Positions 43,478 through 53,303 are shown, numbered from the stretch's first letter. The stretch: 61,114 nucleotides of DNA from Candidatus Peregrinibacteria bacterium (GCA_016220145.1 JACRID010000021.1:1-61114), one strand, 5' to 3'. Notes: generated by a model from the sequence alone, not told the origin. Numbers and translations: made by a program.

Positions 43478-44575
43478 TTACCGCATTTGCTCAGCCAATG
43501 TTTTAGCCACCATTTTAGCAGTACTCACACTGGTTACTATTTTACCTTCAAACACTGACCAGCAACCTAAACCATGATTTGTGATAGACGTAAGACGTTC
43601 ATCAGTCTCATTCACATTTGGCCTAATTGGTAAAACGGTAAATATAGATTTGACATACTCGGCTTGAGAAATAAGAGGTATAAAATATGGATTAAACTTC
43701 TTCATTTCATAAAAATGTGATTTAGACAAATCTATTTCTTCAGATGACCAAGGAATGCCTCCGGAAGACAGACACGTATCATGAATAGAACGCGAAACAT
43801 CACCTAATGTAAAATAGCCTGGTTCACTTAATGGTACAATAGTTACAAATGGTCCGTCAACTACAGTAATTGCTAGTTGTTGAACTGTCGGCAATTTTAC
43901 CACTACTAATTCTTTCAACCGAAATTCAATCACTGGATGTTCAAAATCAAACCATTCACAAAACATATTATAATTGGCATATGTTGCATTAACAGCAAAA
44001 TCAAAATTTTCTTCAAGGGTATCCCCACTAGAAAGTTTGACTGTAAAGATTTTAGTTCCAGAGGAAGAAACTCCCCCTTCAATGACTTTTTGGCCTAAGG
44101 ATAATTTTATATGTGGACTATTCTTAATTTCTGCCTCAGCAATTTTTTTTAAAATTGAAAAATCATAAACTGGTTCTGGTGTCTTAAAACAGGCAATCAC
44201 ACTTGCGGAATTTAAAAAAGAAACTGCGGGGTATTCAATCTCATACGGTAGATGATATGTTTCACAGAAATGTCTAAAATCGTTGGCTGTTACTTTTGAT
44301 TCATGGGCAATACCATAATAAGCTGGAAAGTATCGAATGCTTTTGCCCCATACCTTTTTGAAATCCTGTTCCGCATTTTGGCATTGTATGACTGTTTCAG
44401 GACTACGAGGATAATGATAACCATAATGATGACGATATTGATTTCGATAAGTGCCCCCCATCAAAACAGCATCATTCTGATCAAATAAGGTCACATCACA
44501 GAAAGCGCTTAACTCCAAAGCACAACTTACACCAAAGATACCAGCACCAATAATTGCTACGCGAGACCTCTTCAT
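43478..44575 (-). CDS. FAD-dependent oxidoreductase (DAO/LhgO-like)
   Basis: VAIIGAGIFGVSCALEL dinucleotide motif and the following GGTYRNQYRHHYGYHYP segment. Confidence 0.65.
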   Translation of the reverse strand: MKRSRVAIIGAGIFGVSCALELSAFCDVTLFDQNDAVLMGGTYRNQYRHHYGYHYPRSPETVIQCQNAEQDFKKVWGKSIRYFPAYYGIAHESKVTANDFRHFCETYHLPYEIEYPAVSFLNSASVIACFKTPEPVYDFSILKKIAEAEIKNSPHIKLSLGQKVIEGGVSSSGTKIFTVKLSSGDTLEENFDFAVNATYANYNMFCEWFDFEHPVIEFRLKELVVVKLPTVQQLAITVVDGPFVTIVPLSEPGYFTLGDVSRSIHDTCLSSGGIPWSSEEIDLSKSHFYEMKKFNPYFIPLISQAEYVKSIFTVLPIRPNVNETDERLTSITNHGLGCWSVFEGKIVTSVSTAKMVAKTLAEQMR

Positions 44576-45549
44576 ATAATTTTATCAGGAAAAAACTTGA
44601 TTTGTTGTTTTTTTTGAGCAGAAAGGTATAATTGTTCGACTATTCTGATAATCCTCAATCCAACAGATCCATCAGGAAATTTTATTTTTTTATTTTTTAA
44701 TATATCTATAAAATCAATAAGCTCCAAATCAAGCGGTCTATTTTTTTTGGCACAATTAAATTTTCTTACCTCCTTTGAAGTAAACACTGTTATGGTTTGC
44801 TTTATAAAATCAACAACAATTTTTTTATCGGGAAACCATATATTCATTAAACGCGTCTTTATTATTCCTCTCCAACTTAATTTTACGGTCACATCAAACT
44901 CTTTAGCATAATGTAATAGAACGGTCGCATCAATTTCAAAGTGAGGACGGATCTTGTTTTTAAATAGAGTCGCATATCCTAATTTTGGTGTACTATCCAA
45001 AAGATAATCCAAAATATCAAAAGCATGTAAATCAGAAAACAAAATCCCACAATCAGCTGGTAATTGATGCGGTGAATCAATAAAAGTGCACTCAAAAAAA
45101 AATGGTTTGGTATCGCTCGTTGTCAACAGCTCTTTCAATTTTTGAATAGCGCCATTAAAACGATAAATATGCCCAATCATAAGATGACGTTGGTACTTTT
45201 TAGCCAATCCATTGAGTTTACGCGCATCCAAAGAAAAAAGCGCCATTGGTTTTTCCAAAAAGACATGAGTATAAATCAGACTCTTCTGAGCAATGGCATA
45301 ATGAGTGGAAGGAGGCGTCACAATATCTACTGCGCTAACATTTGCAAGAAGATCGGGCGTCAATTCTTTAAAAACTGGAATCTTAATATGTTTTAATTTT
45401 TTACGAATATGTGAATTTTTCTCTACCACTCCCGTAAACAAAATTAATCCTTGACGAGCTAATCGCCGCCAAACAAGCAAATGATTCCAACCAAAAGAAC
45501 CTGCTCCGACCAAAAGTATACTTGGTTTATTTATTTTTGACGACTTCAT
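44572..45549 (-). CDS. Gfo/Idh/MocA-family oxidoreductase
   Basis: ILLVGAGSFGWNH and FLEKPM motifs. It has an ATGA overlap with the FAD enzyme gene. Confidence 0.65.
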   Translation of the reverse strand: MKSSKINKPSILLVGAGSFGWNHLLVWRRLARQGLILFTGVVEKNSHIRKKLKHIKIPVFKELTPDLLANVSAVDIVTPPSTHYAIAQKSLIYTHVFLEKPMALFSLDARKLNGLAKKYQRHLMIGHIYRFNGAIQKLKELLTTSDTKPFFFECTFIDSPHQLPADCGILFSDLHAFDILDYLLDSTPKLGYATLFKNKIRPHFEIDATVLLHYAKEFDVTVKLSWRGIIKTRLMNIWFPDKKIVVDFIKQTITVFTSKEVRKFNCAKKNRPLDLELIDFIDILKNKKIKFPDGSVGLRIIRIVEQLYLSAQKKQQIKFFPDKII

Positions 45550-46453
45550 AAATCATATACTGGGTGTTCTCTTTATTAGAATAATAAATACGGAGCAAAA
45601 TCTCGGTAATAAAACCAAGAATAAAAATGAGTACAGCCAAAATGGTAAGCATGGTGCCGATAAGAGGGAGCGGAGTAACACTAAGATTCTTGATATGAAG
45701 CAGTTTGAGAACGACTGCCGTTCCAAAAGAACCTATGCCGAGAATCAAGAAAAACAAAGCGAGGCTGCCAAAGAAGCGCAGAGGTTTGGCAAAATAGTTC
45801 AAAAGAAATTTAACACTTAGTAGATCGAACAAGACATAAATCATTTCTCCAATATGATGCTTAGAAACTCCACTCAAACGCGGATTATGCCGTATTTCTA
45901 CCTCTGCTACCTTAGCGCCTCTATCATGAGCAAAGACAGGCATAAAAATAAAAGTTTCCCCCAATAATTGAACTCCATCTATAAATTCTCGCCGATAACC
46001 TTTGAGAGCACAGCTAAAATCATGGAGTGGAATACCTGTCACTTTACTTATGAGCCAGTTGGCTAAAGCGGAAAAAAGTCTACGCCTCATTACATCATGG
46101 CGCTTCTTTCGCCATCCTACGACCGTACCATAACCATTCTTTAGTTTCTCTACTAATTTTGGAATATCCTCGGGGGCATTTTGCAAATCACTATCAATAG
46201 TAATAACAATATCACCAATAGCCACTTGAAAACCTGCGTCAAGCGCCGCATTTTGCCCAAAATTACGAGAAAACATGACAAGGGTAATTGGAGCAAGAGC
46301 CATGAGTTTCTCTCGAGATTTATCGGTAGAGCCGTCATCAACTGCAATAATCTCAAAAGGTTCTTTGAGAGTTGATAATACAGCCACTAGACGTCGATGT
46401 AGCTCTTCTATCATCACTTCTTCATTATAAACAGGAAAAATAACTGAAATCAT
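45527..46453 (-). CDS. GtrB/CsbB/DPM1-like GT2 polyprenyl-phosphate glycosyltransferase with C-terminal transmembrane helices
   Basis: ISVIFPVYNEE, IAVDDGSTD and IDSDLQN motifs, plus two C-terminal hydrophobic helices. Confidence 0.75.
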   Translation of the reverse strand: MISVIFPVYNEEVMIEELHRRLVAVLSTLKEPFEIIAVDDGSTDKSREKLMALAPITLVMFSRNFGQNAALDAGFQVAIGDIVITIDSDLQNAPEDIPKLVEKLKNGYGTVVGWRKKRHDVMRRRLFSALANWLISKVTGIPLHDFSCALKGYRREFIDGVQLLGETFIFMPVFAHDRGAKVAEVEIRHNPRLSGVSKHHIGEMIYVLFDLLSVKFLLNYFAKPLRFFGSLALFFLILGIGSFGTAVVLKLLHIKNLSVTPLPLIGTMLTILAVLIFILGFITEILLRIYYSNKENTQYMIYEVVKNK

Positions 46454-46459
46454 AGAAAT

Positions 46460-47158
46460 TTAATTTTGTTTCATAAGTACTCCAAATTGATCAAAAGTAA
46501 TTTTTTCTAGTTCATCAGGAGAAATAAATGCGGGTCGCATACGACTATGCACCGCATATACATCATGCTCTTTAATAAATTGTCGCATAAGAGAAGATAA
46601 ATAATACTCACCATTCGGATGTTGAATCGGCTCATAATTAAAAATGTCACTATTTATCATCATAATACCCGCCGCTGACATATTGGAAACCGGAAATTTT
46701 GGTTTTTCTATTACCTCTAATATCTTTCCATCTGATGCAATTGTGGCGATCCCCGATTGATGAGGATTCTCTGCCGGGCAACAAAGCCAACTAAACTCCT
46801 TCGCCGCGCAGTCAATCACTTCTTTCTGTGTAGGCAGTTCGTCCCCATATATCAACAAAAAACGTTCGTTGGGTAAAAATAAATCTTTGCAACAAAATAA
46901 AGCCTTTGCTGATCCATCTAAAATATTTTGAACCACATAACGGATCGGTCTGCCTTGAAACTTCATTCCTAGATGTTGCTGAATTTTCTTCTTAAGATAA
47001 CCAACAACTATTACTACACTATCTACCTCTTGAGGAAGCGCTTCAAAAATATAATCAAGAACCGTTCTACCATTTATTCTTAATAATGATTTCGGCACTT
47101 TCAAAGTAAGAGGCAACATTCGTTTTCCCACTCCAGCAGCTAAAATAACCGCTTTCAT
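46460..47158 (-). CDS. Sugar-1-phosphate nucleotidyltransferase (short form)
   Basis: MKAVILAAGVGKRMLPLT signature. It is a paralog of 57912-58598. Confidence 0.75.
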   Translation of the reverse strand: MKAVILAAGVGKRMLPLTLKVPKSLLRINGRTVLDYIFEALPQEVDSVVIVVGYLKKKIQQHLGMKFQGRPIRYVVQNILDGSAKALFCCKDLFLPNERFLLIYGDELPTQKEVIDCAAKEFSWLCCPAENPHQSGIATIASDGKILEVIEKPKFPVSNMSAAGIMMINSDIFNYEPIQHPNGEYYLSSLMRQFIKEHDVYAVHSRMRPAFISPDELEKITFDQFGVLMKQN

Positions 47159-47191
47159 AAAGTGTATAAAAATTATGCTTCTATCTGCTTT

Positions 47192-47220
47192 ATTTTAATA
47201 AAAAACTATATATTTGTCAA
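47192..47220 (-). promoter_or_regulatory. Candidate sigma-70-type promoter for the 47158-to-38896 operon
   Basis: On the minus strand: TTGACA (47215-47220), a 17-nt spacer, then TAAAAT (47192-47197). Confidence 0.55.
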
Positions 47221-47255
47221 CATAAGCCCTTAAAATCTTGTATATGAGACTTGTA

Positions 47256-47284
47256 TTGACTTTCTTAAGTAAATACTGCATAAT
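47256..47284 (+). promoter_or_regulatory. Candidate sigma-70-type promoter for the radical SAM gene
   Basis: TTGACT (47256-47261), a 17-nt spacer, then CATAAT (47279-47284). An AAGGAG ribosome-binding site lies at 47306-47311, 9 nt before the ATG. Confidence 0.55.
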
Positions 47285-47320
47285 TTCTTTAGTTCTTCAC
47301 AACCCAAGGAGAAATTCACC

Positions 47321-48853
47321 ATGTCAAGAACAAATCCAAAAATTCTGCTTGCCTATCCTGCAAATCAGTTGATGTCAATTGAAATTCCGCGACCCGATGG
47401 TTCCCTTGGTTTGCTTTACCTCGTTGGAGCACTTCGTAGAGAGGGATTTCATGTTGATCTGCTTGATGTGTCAGTAGGATCAAAGGAGGACAGTCTTCGT
47501 GAAACGTTCTTCCGACGGGTTCTACAATCCAATGGTTTGACGCGTATCGGTATGTCACCTGCGCGTTTGCGTGAACACCTTGCATGCGAAAGCTATGATA
47601 TTGTGGGGATCAACAGCAATTTTACTCCACAAACCCGCATGGCACTGGAAGTCGCAAAAAACGCCAAGGATATCGACCCTGAGACTTTGGTCATCGCAGG
47701 TGGCGTCAATGCCCGTGCGTTGAGCGACCGCTTTCTCTCAAGCGGATTCGTCGATGTCATTGTGCTCACTGAAGGAGACACCATCATCTCCAAGATAGTC
47801 AAAGCGTGGCAGAAAAATACGTCATTTGAAGGAGTCGGCGGCATTACATGGGTGCGTAATGGAGTACATATCACAAACCCTGTGGCACCTGATACGATCC
47901 TGACAAACCTCAATGATTTGCCTTTCCCTGCATGGGATCTCCTCCCTTTTGAAAAATATGACGACATAAACTCTCCTCATGGGAGCATCACACCAGGGAA
48001 ACGTCGTCGATATGCGCCCATAATGACATCCCGTGGTTGCCCGTTCCGGTGTGAATATTGCCACATCAGCGACGAGAAAGAGGCTGATGCTCAAACTGGT
48101 GGTATCGGTTTCCTACGCCTTAAATCCATTGACCGCGTCATGGAAGAGGTAGAGATACTCAGAACATTTGGTGTAACACACCTTTACATAGAGGATGACA
48201 GCCTCCTCGCAAAAAAACCGCGAATCAAAGATCTCTTCCATCGGCTCAACGGTATGGGGATGAAAATCAGTGACGTGAATGGCGTCAACCTCGTCCATTT
48301 CAGCATCCCTACTTCAGGTGGACGGCTCCAACCGGACGTTGAGTATATGGAGATCATGAAAGCGGCTGGATTTGACGAAATTGTATTCCCAGTGGAGTCA
48401 GGGAGTCAACGCATACTCGACACGTATGCGTCCGCCAAACTTCGACTGGATAAGTTGAACGTGTTAGAACTTGTTCGGGAAGCGGTTAGGATAGGTATTG
48501 CCTGCCCCATCAACATGATGATAGGATTTCCTGACGAGACGGAAGAAGAAATGAAACTGACCGTAGAACTCGCTCAACGGCTCATTGATGCAGGTACTCC
48601 CTACATCACATTCTTCATCCCAATTCCTTTCCCTGGTAGCAAACTCTATCGTCAAGCAATTGCTGGGGGCTATTTATCGACATCGTTTGACACGGATGCG
48701 ATGAACTGGAAAAATGCTGTCATGCAAAACACGAAGGTTTCACCAAGAAGAATTGTGGAGCTACGTGACTGGGCATGGGAAACCGTGAATACAACCGATT
48801 ACAAACGTCAAAGAAAAGAAAGAGAAATTCGTGACCCACGTCTAGCGGAGTAA
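47321..48853 (+). CDS. B12-binding-domain radical SAM enzyme
   Basis: TSRGCPFRCEYCHI is a CxxxCxxC cluster motif, preceded by a Rossmann-like cobalamin-type N-terminal domain. 510 aa. Confidence 0.8.
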   Translation: MSRTNPKILLAYPANQLMSIEIPRPDGSLGLLYLVGALRREGFHVDLLDVSVGSKEDSLRETFFRRVLQSNGLTRIGMSPARLREHLACESYDIVGINSNFTPQTRMALEVAKNAKDIDPETLVIAGGVNARALSDRFLSSGFVDVIVLTEGDTIISKIVKAWQKNTSFEGVGGITWVRNGVHITNPVAPDTILTNLNDLPFPAWDLLPFEKYDDINSPHGSITPGKRRRYAPIMTSRGCPFRCEYCHISDEKEADAQTGGIGFLRLKSIDRVMEEVEILRTFGVTHLYIEDDSLLAKKPRIKDLFHRLNGMGMKISDVNGVNLVHFSIPTSGGRLQPDVEYMEIMKAAGFDEIVFPVESGSQRILDTYASAKLRLDKLNVLELVREAVRIGIACPINMMIGFPDETEEEMKLTVELAQRLIDAGTPYITFFIPIPFPGSKLYRQAIAGGYLSTSFDTDAMNWKNAVMQNTKVSPRRIVELRDWAWETVNTTDYKRQRKEREIRDPRLAE

Positions 48854-48880
48854 TTTTCTTTCTTTCCAACCAATCTTCAT

Positions 48881-48906
48881 AACGAGATAACCCTATCTCG
48901 TTTTTT
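48881..48906 (+). terminator. Intrinsic terminator after the radical SAM gene
   Basis: A 9-bp perfect stem AACGAGATA (48881-48889) pairs with TATCTCGTT (48894-48902). The loop is ACCC and a T-run extends to 48906. Confidence 0.7.
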
Positions 48907-48908
48907 AA

Positions 48909-50690
48909 TTACTGAAACACAAAGATATCGATATTATGAGCCGAAAAAACTTTTTTAAGAGGAGGCAATGATTTTACCACAGATGACATAAGCGGCCCAT
49001 CAGATAACAGATAATCAACACGATATTTTTTTAATTCTTGATAAAAATCGTTTTTCAAAAAAATTTTATAATCATTAGGCAATCTAGCTAATAAGCTGTT
49101 CAATCGCACATCGTGATATCCTAAAGTATATTGTAATTGATAATAAAGATAACCTTCTGCTTCAGCATGATGTAATTTTAAATAATCCTCAATGCCTTCA
49201 ACTGTAACTCCGCGCAATCGTAACAAGACCATATAATTATGATAAAATCGTTCCGGAGGCGCTATAACTGATGTCCTCTCCCCAGAAATATATGTGTCAC
49301 AATGAGTAAAAGCAGGTATCAACTCATCCCAAAAACCATCACTATCTATGGAGAGGACTACACAATTCCCGAACATACTTTTATTTAAAAAATCAAAAAC
49401 TGGACTAAACTTTTGGAGAGAAGCAAAAAAATTGAAACGTGTTTTATATGCTGAAACTTGCGTGTAAATACCTAGTGAAAAAGCCGCTACAAACAAAAAG
49501 ATTACTATCACATACATCAATTGTTTTTTTGGCTTTACAAAATACCACAAAGTAAGTATGATGACCGTATACCCAAGCGGAATAGTAAAAAATACATAGT
49601 GATAATACCAGATTTCTCTTCCTGTTAAAATCTGTTGATTATACACAATAAAAGAACTCAAAAGTAAAGAAAAACAAAACCACCACCATTCCGGAAAACT
49701 TTTATATACTTTATTTCGCATATAATAAATTACTGACGAAAATGTAAAAAAAATTGAAACTGCAAATAAAAATTTATTTACGTGCGGCGTATGAGTCATG
49801 AATAGGCCGATTCGTGCAGATGCTTCAGCGTACCATGGAATATGAGATGCGCGCCACACCATAAACCAATAAGGTGATGAAAAAAATAAAGCTAAAATCA
49901 CAACTAGACCAAAATATTTAGCTAATTTAAAATCACGGCTAAAAAGCGCACGCAAACCAAGGATACCAATTATAGTGAGGGCAATACTCCAACTAAAAAA
50001 ATAACTAGCCATCATAAACGCTAGAGTTACAGCGGCTATAAGTATATTAATCTTTTTTCTCTTTGTAATAAGCATCCAGAGGCTCAAAAGAAAAACATAG
50101 AGTAAAATAATACCAGAAATCGGATTGACAGGACGTGTCCAAATCAAAAATCCAGTAATGGAAAATTTTCCTGTCAAAATTTTCCAAATGCTATGGTAAT
50201 CAACAAGATCAAAACCTAGGGTCACGAGAGTACCTGTGGTTACGGCTACCAACTTGCTTAATCTAGTATTTTTTGTGTCAAATACAAGTAATTGATGAGT
50301 AAATAAATAAACCAAAAAAAATAATATCGCCGGCAAAAAAAATTTGCTGACGATCAATGTATTTACAAGTGATATATGCAATAATCTACTGACAAAAACA
50401 TACAGTAATGGTATGGTAGGCGGCAAAAGCGGTAAGTTATTTTTGTACTCATAAAAAGGAAAAGAAGCGGCCAAAAGATGTCCCTCGGAAATTTTTTGCA
50501 TGATAGCAAGATAAACTTCTTCATTCGGTGTAGCAAAAAAATGTATGCCGTGATATTCAGAACCAAGAGAAAAAATAAAAAAAATTTGTGGTAACACACA
50601 AATAAGACCGACTAAAAAAGATCCTGCAATGCCCCACATATGGTCCCGACATTTTTGTAATAACCAAACGTGCAGACGATGTATAGTCAT
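48909..50690 (-). CDS. Large polytopic membrane protein (YfhO/GT-C-like candidate); paralog of 41548-43428
   Basis: More than 10 hydrophobic helices and a C-terminal soluble domain. The track start at 50753 is TTG. The ATG at 50690 forms an ATGA overlap with the upstream methyltransferase stop. Confidence 0.5.
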   Translation of the reverse strand: MTIHRLHVWLLQKCRDHMWGIAGSFLVGLICVLPQIFFIFSLGSEYHGIHFFATPNEEVYLAIMQKISEGHLLAASFPFYEYKNNLPLLPPTIPLLYVFVSRLLHISLVNTLIVSKFFLPAILFFLVYLFTHQLLVFDTKNTRLSKLVAVTTGTLVTLGFDLVDYHSIWKILTGKFSITGFLIWTRPVNPISGIILLYVFLLSLWMLITKRKKINILIAAVTLAFMMASYFFSWSIALTIIGILGLRALFSRDFKLAKYFGLVVILALFFSSPYWFMVWRASHIPWYAEASARIGLFMTHTPHVNKFLFAVSIFFTFSSVIYYMRNKVYKSFPEWWWFCFSLLLSSFIVYNQQILTGREIWYYHYVFFTIPLGYTVIILTLWYFVKPKKQLMYVIVIFLFVAAFSLGIYTQVSAYKTRFNFFASLQKFSPVFDFLNKSMFGNCVVLSIDSDGFWDELIPAFTHCDTYISGERTSVIAPPERFYHNYMVLLRLRGVTVEGIEDYLKLHHAEAEGYLYYQLQYTLGYHDVRLNSLLARLPNDYKIFLKNDFYQELKKYRVDYLLSDGPLMSSVVKSLPPLKKVFSAHNIDIFVFQ

Positions 50691-51358
50691 CTTTTTTCTA
50701 AAAGTAAATGAAAGGTATTGAAATAAAATGGTCTTAACAACCAATAAAAACAAAGTATAAAACTCCTAACTCCCCCATATCTTCGTTTAATTTTCTCTTC
50801 TCTGATATCTTTCACTATAAATCCAATATTCTTCAAATCTTTTGCAATTGCACGATATGTAAAGTAATGCATTGTTACTAATTTTTGATGTCCCACGCCA
50901 TTGTCTGACTTTTGTTTACCCAATATTTTTAAAATTTTTTCCGTCCAACATCGGGGTATACAATTAATACCAAAAAGATGATAGTGGTAATCATATATGC
51001 CGAAACGATTATGAAAACTGATATAACACTTCCTATTATTCTTCAAGACACGAAAAATCTCCCTACAAACCTGAAACGGATTTTCCACATGTTCGGTGAC
51101 TTCAGAACAATTAATAAAATCCAATTGATTATCGAGAAATGGCAATTTCTCTCCTCTACCCTGAACTACTTTAATTAATACGCCTTCAGATTTAGCACGA
51201 TTTTCTGATTCCGTTATATAGGCCGAGTTTATTTCCACACCGTATGCCTTAAACCCTAAACTTGCCATTACACTTAAAAATTTTCCCCGACCGGATCCAA
51301 CATCTAAAACTATACCACCTTCTGGTATGAACTGTTTACAATAATCGGCGTGTATCAT
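50687..51358 (-). CDS. Class I SAM-dependent methyltransferase
   Basis: VLDVGSGRGKF (motif I) and AYGVEIN (motif II). Confidence 0.75.
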   Translation of the reverse strand: MIHADYCKQFIPEGGIVLDVGSGRGKFLSVMASLGFKAYGVEINSAYITESENRAKSEGVLIKVVQGRGEKLPFLDNQLDFINCSEVTEHVENPFQVCREIFRVLKNNRKCYISFHNRFGIYDYHYHLFGINCIPRCWTEKILKILGKQKSDNGVGHQKLVTMHYFTYRAIAKDLKNIGFIVKDIREEKIKRRYGGVRSFILCFYWLLRPFYFNTFHLLLEKR

Positions 51359-51367
51359 ATACCGATT

Positions 51368-52102
51368 TTAAGAAATCCATTGCTGAAACTCTGTCAAAAA
51401 CTGATTAACCACTTGATCAGTTTTAAAATGTCGCATCATGTCAGGAAAAAATTTGGGCGGTACGGTAACAATGTGAGCGCCGGCGAGACCCGCATCGCGA
51501 ATATCCACTACCGATCTAATACTGCCCACAATAATCTCTGAATTGATATGATTTTGATCAATAAATTGCCGCACAGATCTAACCGCAAAGGCCGGGTCAA
51601 AATCTGTAGCATCTAAAACTTTTCTCTTAAGAATATCTTCTCTTTCTACAGACGTGGCTTCATCTGTTTTTCCATCGCGAATCCTCCCCCAAAATAGACT
51701 CACATAGCGAGCGCCGGCGTGAGCTGCCATCAGCGCTTGTGTGATATCCATGCATGCAGTGCAATTGACTGAAATACCCGCATCACTTAACTTTTTAATC
51801 GTTTCCAGTTCGTTCCATCCGACCTGCACCTTAATGCTCAATTGCGGATAATTAAAGAGTTTGACAAACTGCTGCGCTTGCTTAAGTATCTCTTCGGGAT
51901 CGCGAGAAAATACTTCAATGCTCAAATGAATCCCTGGCTGATATTTTTTAATTAAATCCAAAATTTTATTAACATGACCTTCAAAAGATGACTTTGGTTC
52001 TTTTGCAAGCAGAGAGGGATTAGTCGTAATGCCTTTTGCAAAACCGCGTTGTAATCCCTCTTCCACATCCGTAAGATTGGCGCTATCAATAAAAATTTTC
52101 AT
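51368..52102 (-). CDS. Transaldolase (short TalC/Fsa-type)
   Basis: MKIFIDSANLTDVEE...GITTNPSLLAK N-terminal signature. Confidence 0.75.
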   Translation of the reverse strand: MKIFIDSANLTDVEEGLQRGFAKGITTNPSLLAKEPKSSFEGHVNKILDLIKKYQPGIHLSIEVFSRDPEEILKQAQQFVKLFNYPQLSIKVQVGWNELETIKKLSDAGISVNCTACMDITQALMAAHAGARYVSLFWGRIRDGKTDEATSVEREDILKRKVLDATDFDPAFAVRSVRQFIDQNHINSEIIVGSIRSVVDIRDAGLAGAHIVTVPPKFFPDMMRHFKTDQVVNQFLTEFQQWIS

Positions 52103-52659
52103 ATTCGCTCCGTGTCTATTAATATTTTACTAAATTCCGTCAAAGTTTTCACACGATACTCCGTTTCAATTTCACTGTTTCTGCCATCCTCCACAAAAAC
52201 CACCTTACACCCAGCCGCCCTACCAGCGATAATATCACTTTCGGTATCACCTATCATATATGATTGAGTCAAGTCTATATTCCACTTCTCTGCCGCGGCA
52301 AGCAGCATGCCGGGTTTCGGTTTTTTACATTCACACCCATTATCTCGTCCATGTTCGCACACAAATATATCATCCAAAGGCAATATGCGCACATCGGCCA
52401 TAATGCGCTCATGATCTTCGCGCGTCATAGTTCCGTATGCCATATCAGGCTGGTTAGTGGCAAGGATCACTATATACCCCGCGTCACGAAAAGCCTGCAA
52501 AGCCCCACTAACCTCCGGTTTTAAATGAAATTCACTATATGTCCACGGTGCGGTCCACTTTACTTTTTTTTCTTGAACAAAATAATTGTCACCACGGTCA
52601 ATAACCTCATTCAAGACACCATCGCGGTCAAGAAAAATTGCTCGCCTTGGCGTGGTCAT
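52099..52659 (-). CDS. gmhB: D-glycero-D-manno-heptose 1,7-bisphosphate phosphatase (HAD-IIIA)
   Basis: AIFLDRDGVLN, ATNQPDMAYG and the zinc motif CEHGRDNGCECKKPKPGM. The track start at 52686 is TTG; the ATG is at 52659. Confidence 0.75.
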   Translation of the reverse strand: MTTPRRAIFLDRDGVLNEVIDRGDNYFVQEKKVKWTAPWTYSEFHLKPEVSGALQAFRDAGYIVILATNQPDMAYGTMTREDHERIMADVRILPLDDIFVCEHGRDNGCECKKPKPGMLLAAAEKWNIDLTQSYMIGDTESDIIAGRAAGCKVVFVEDGRNSEIETEYRVKTLTEFSKILIDTERI

Positions 52660-53296
52660 ATACTCCGCTATTTTTATACTTGACAATTTTTTCTTTCAAT
52701 CCAAACACAATCAAATGGTGCAATACGACATGAAAACCTTCCACGAGAGGTGTTGAGTTTGCCGGTACAACGATTGATAAATCAACAAGGTCTTTCATTG
52801 GTCCTCCGTCAAAGCCAGAAAATCCGATAGTTTTTCCTCCACGGTCTTTAATGTATTGCAACCCCTTCATAAGATTCTGCGACCAGTTGCCTGCTATGTC
52901 TTTTCCGCTTCCGCCGTGTACGCTAAAAGCAATACCCACGCCGCCAGACACATAATATGTTGAAAGCTGGTTGACATATACATTCTCCCAGCCCCAATCG
53001 TTTACGAGTGCGCTGACGAGCGGTATATTATCAGCCAGTGCCAATGTTCTTAAACCTCTATCCTCGGGAGTCGGACAAATGGTTTTAGCCAAATCTGCCG
53101 CAAGATGAGTTGCGGTAGACGCTGATCCACCATTTCCCATCACATATACCCACTTGCCGTCTTTCCACGCTTCAAATAACAAGTCAATTGCTTGATCCAA
53201 TGTCTGACTACACGATACTTTAAGCACTGAGCTTAGATCTTGCACCTGCGATAAAAATGCCGCCGCGTAGGAAAGTTGTATGGTGTCTTCTGACAT
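52628..53296 (-). CDS. gmhA: SIS-domain phosphoheptose isomerase
   Basis: VMGNGGSASTATHLAADL SIS motif, and a position adjacent to gmhB. Confidence 0.7.
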   Translation of the reverse strand: MSEDTIQLSYAAAFLSQVQDLSSVLKVSCSQTLDQAIDLLFEAWKDGKWVYVMGNGGSASTATHLAADLAKTICPTPEDRGLRTLALADNIPLVSALVNDWGWENVYVNQLSTYYVSGGVGIAFSVHGGSGKDIAGNWSQNLMKGLQYIKDRGGKTIGFSGFDGGPMKDLVDLSIVVPANSTPLVEGFHVVLHHLIVFGLKEKIVKYKNSGVYDHAKASNFS

Positions 53297-53303
53297 ACAT
53301 TTT

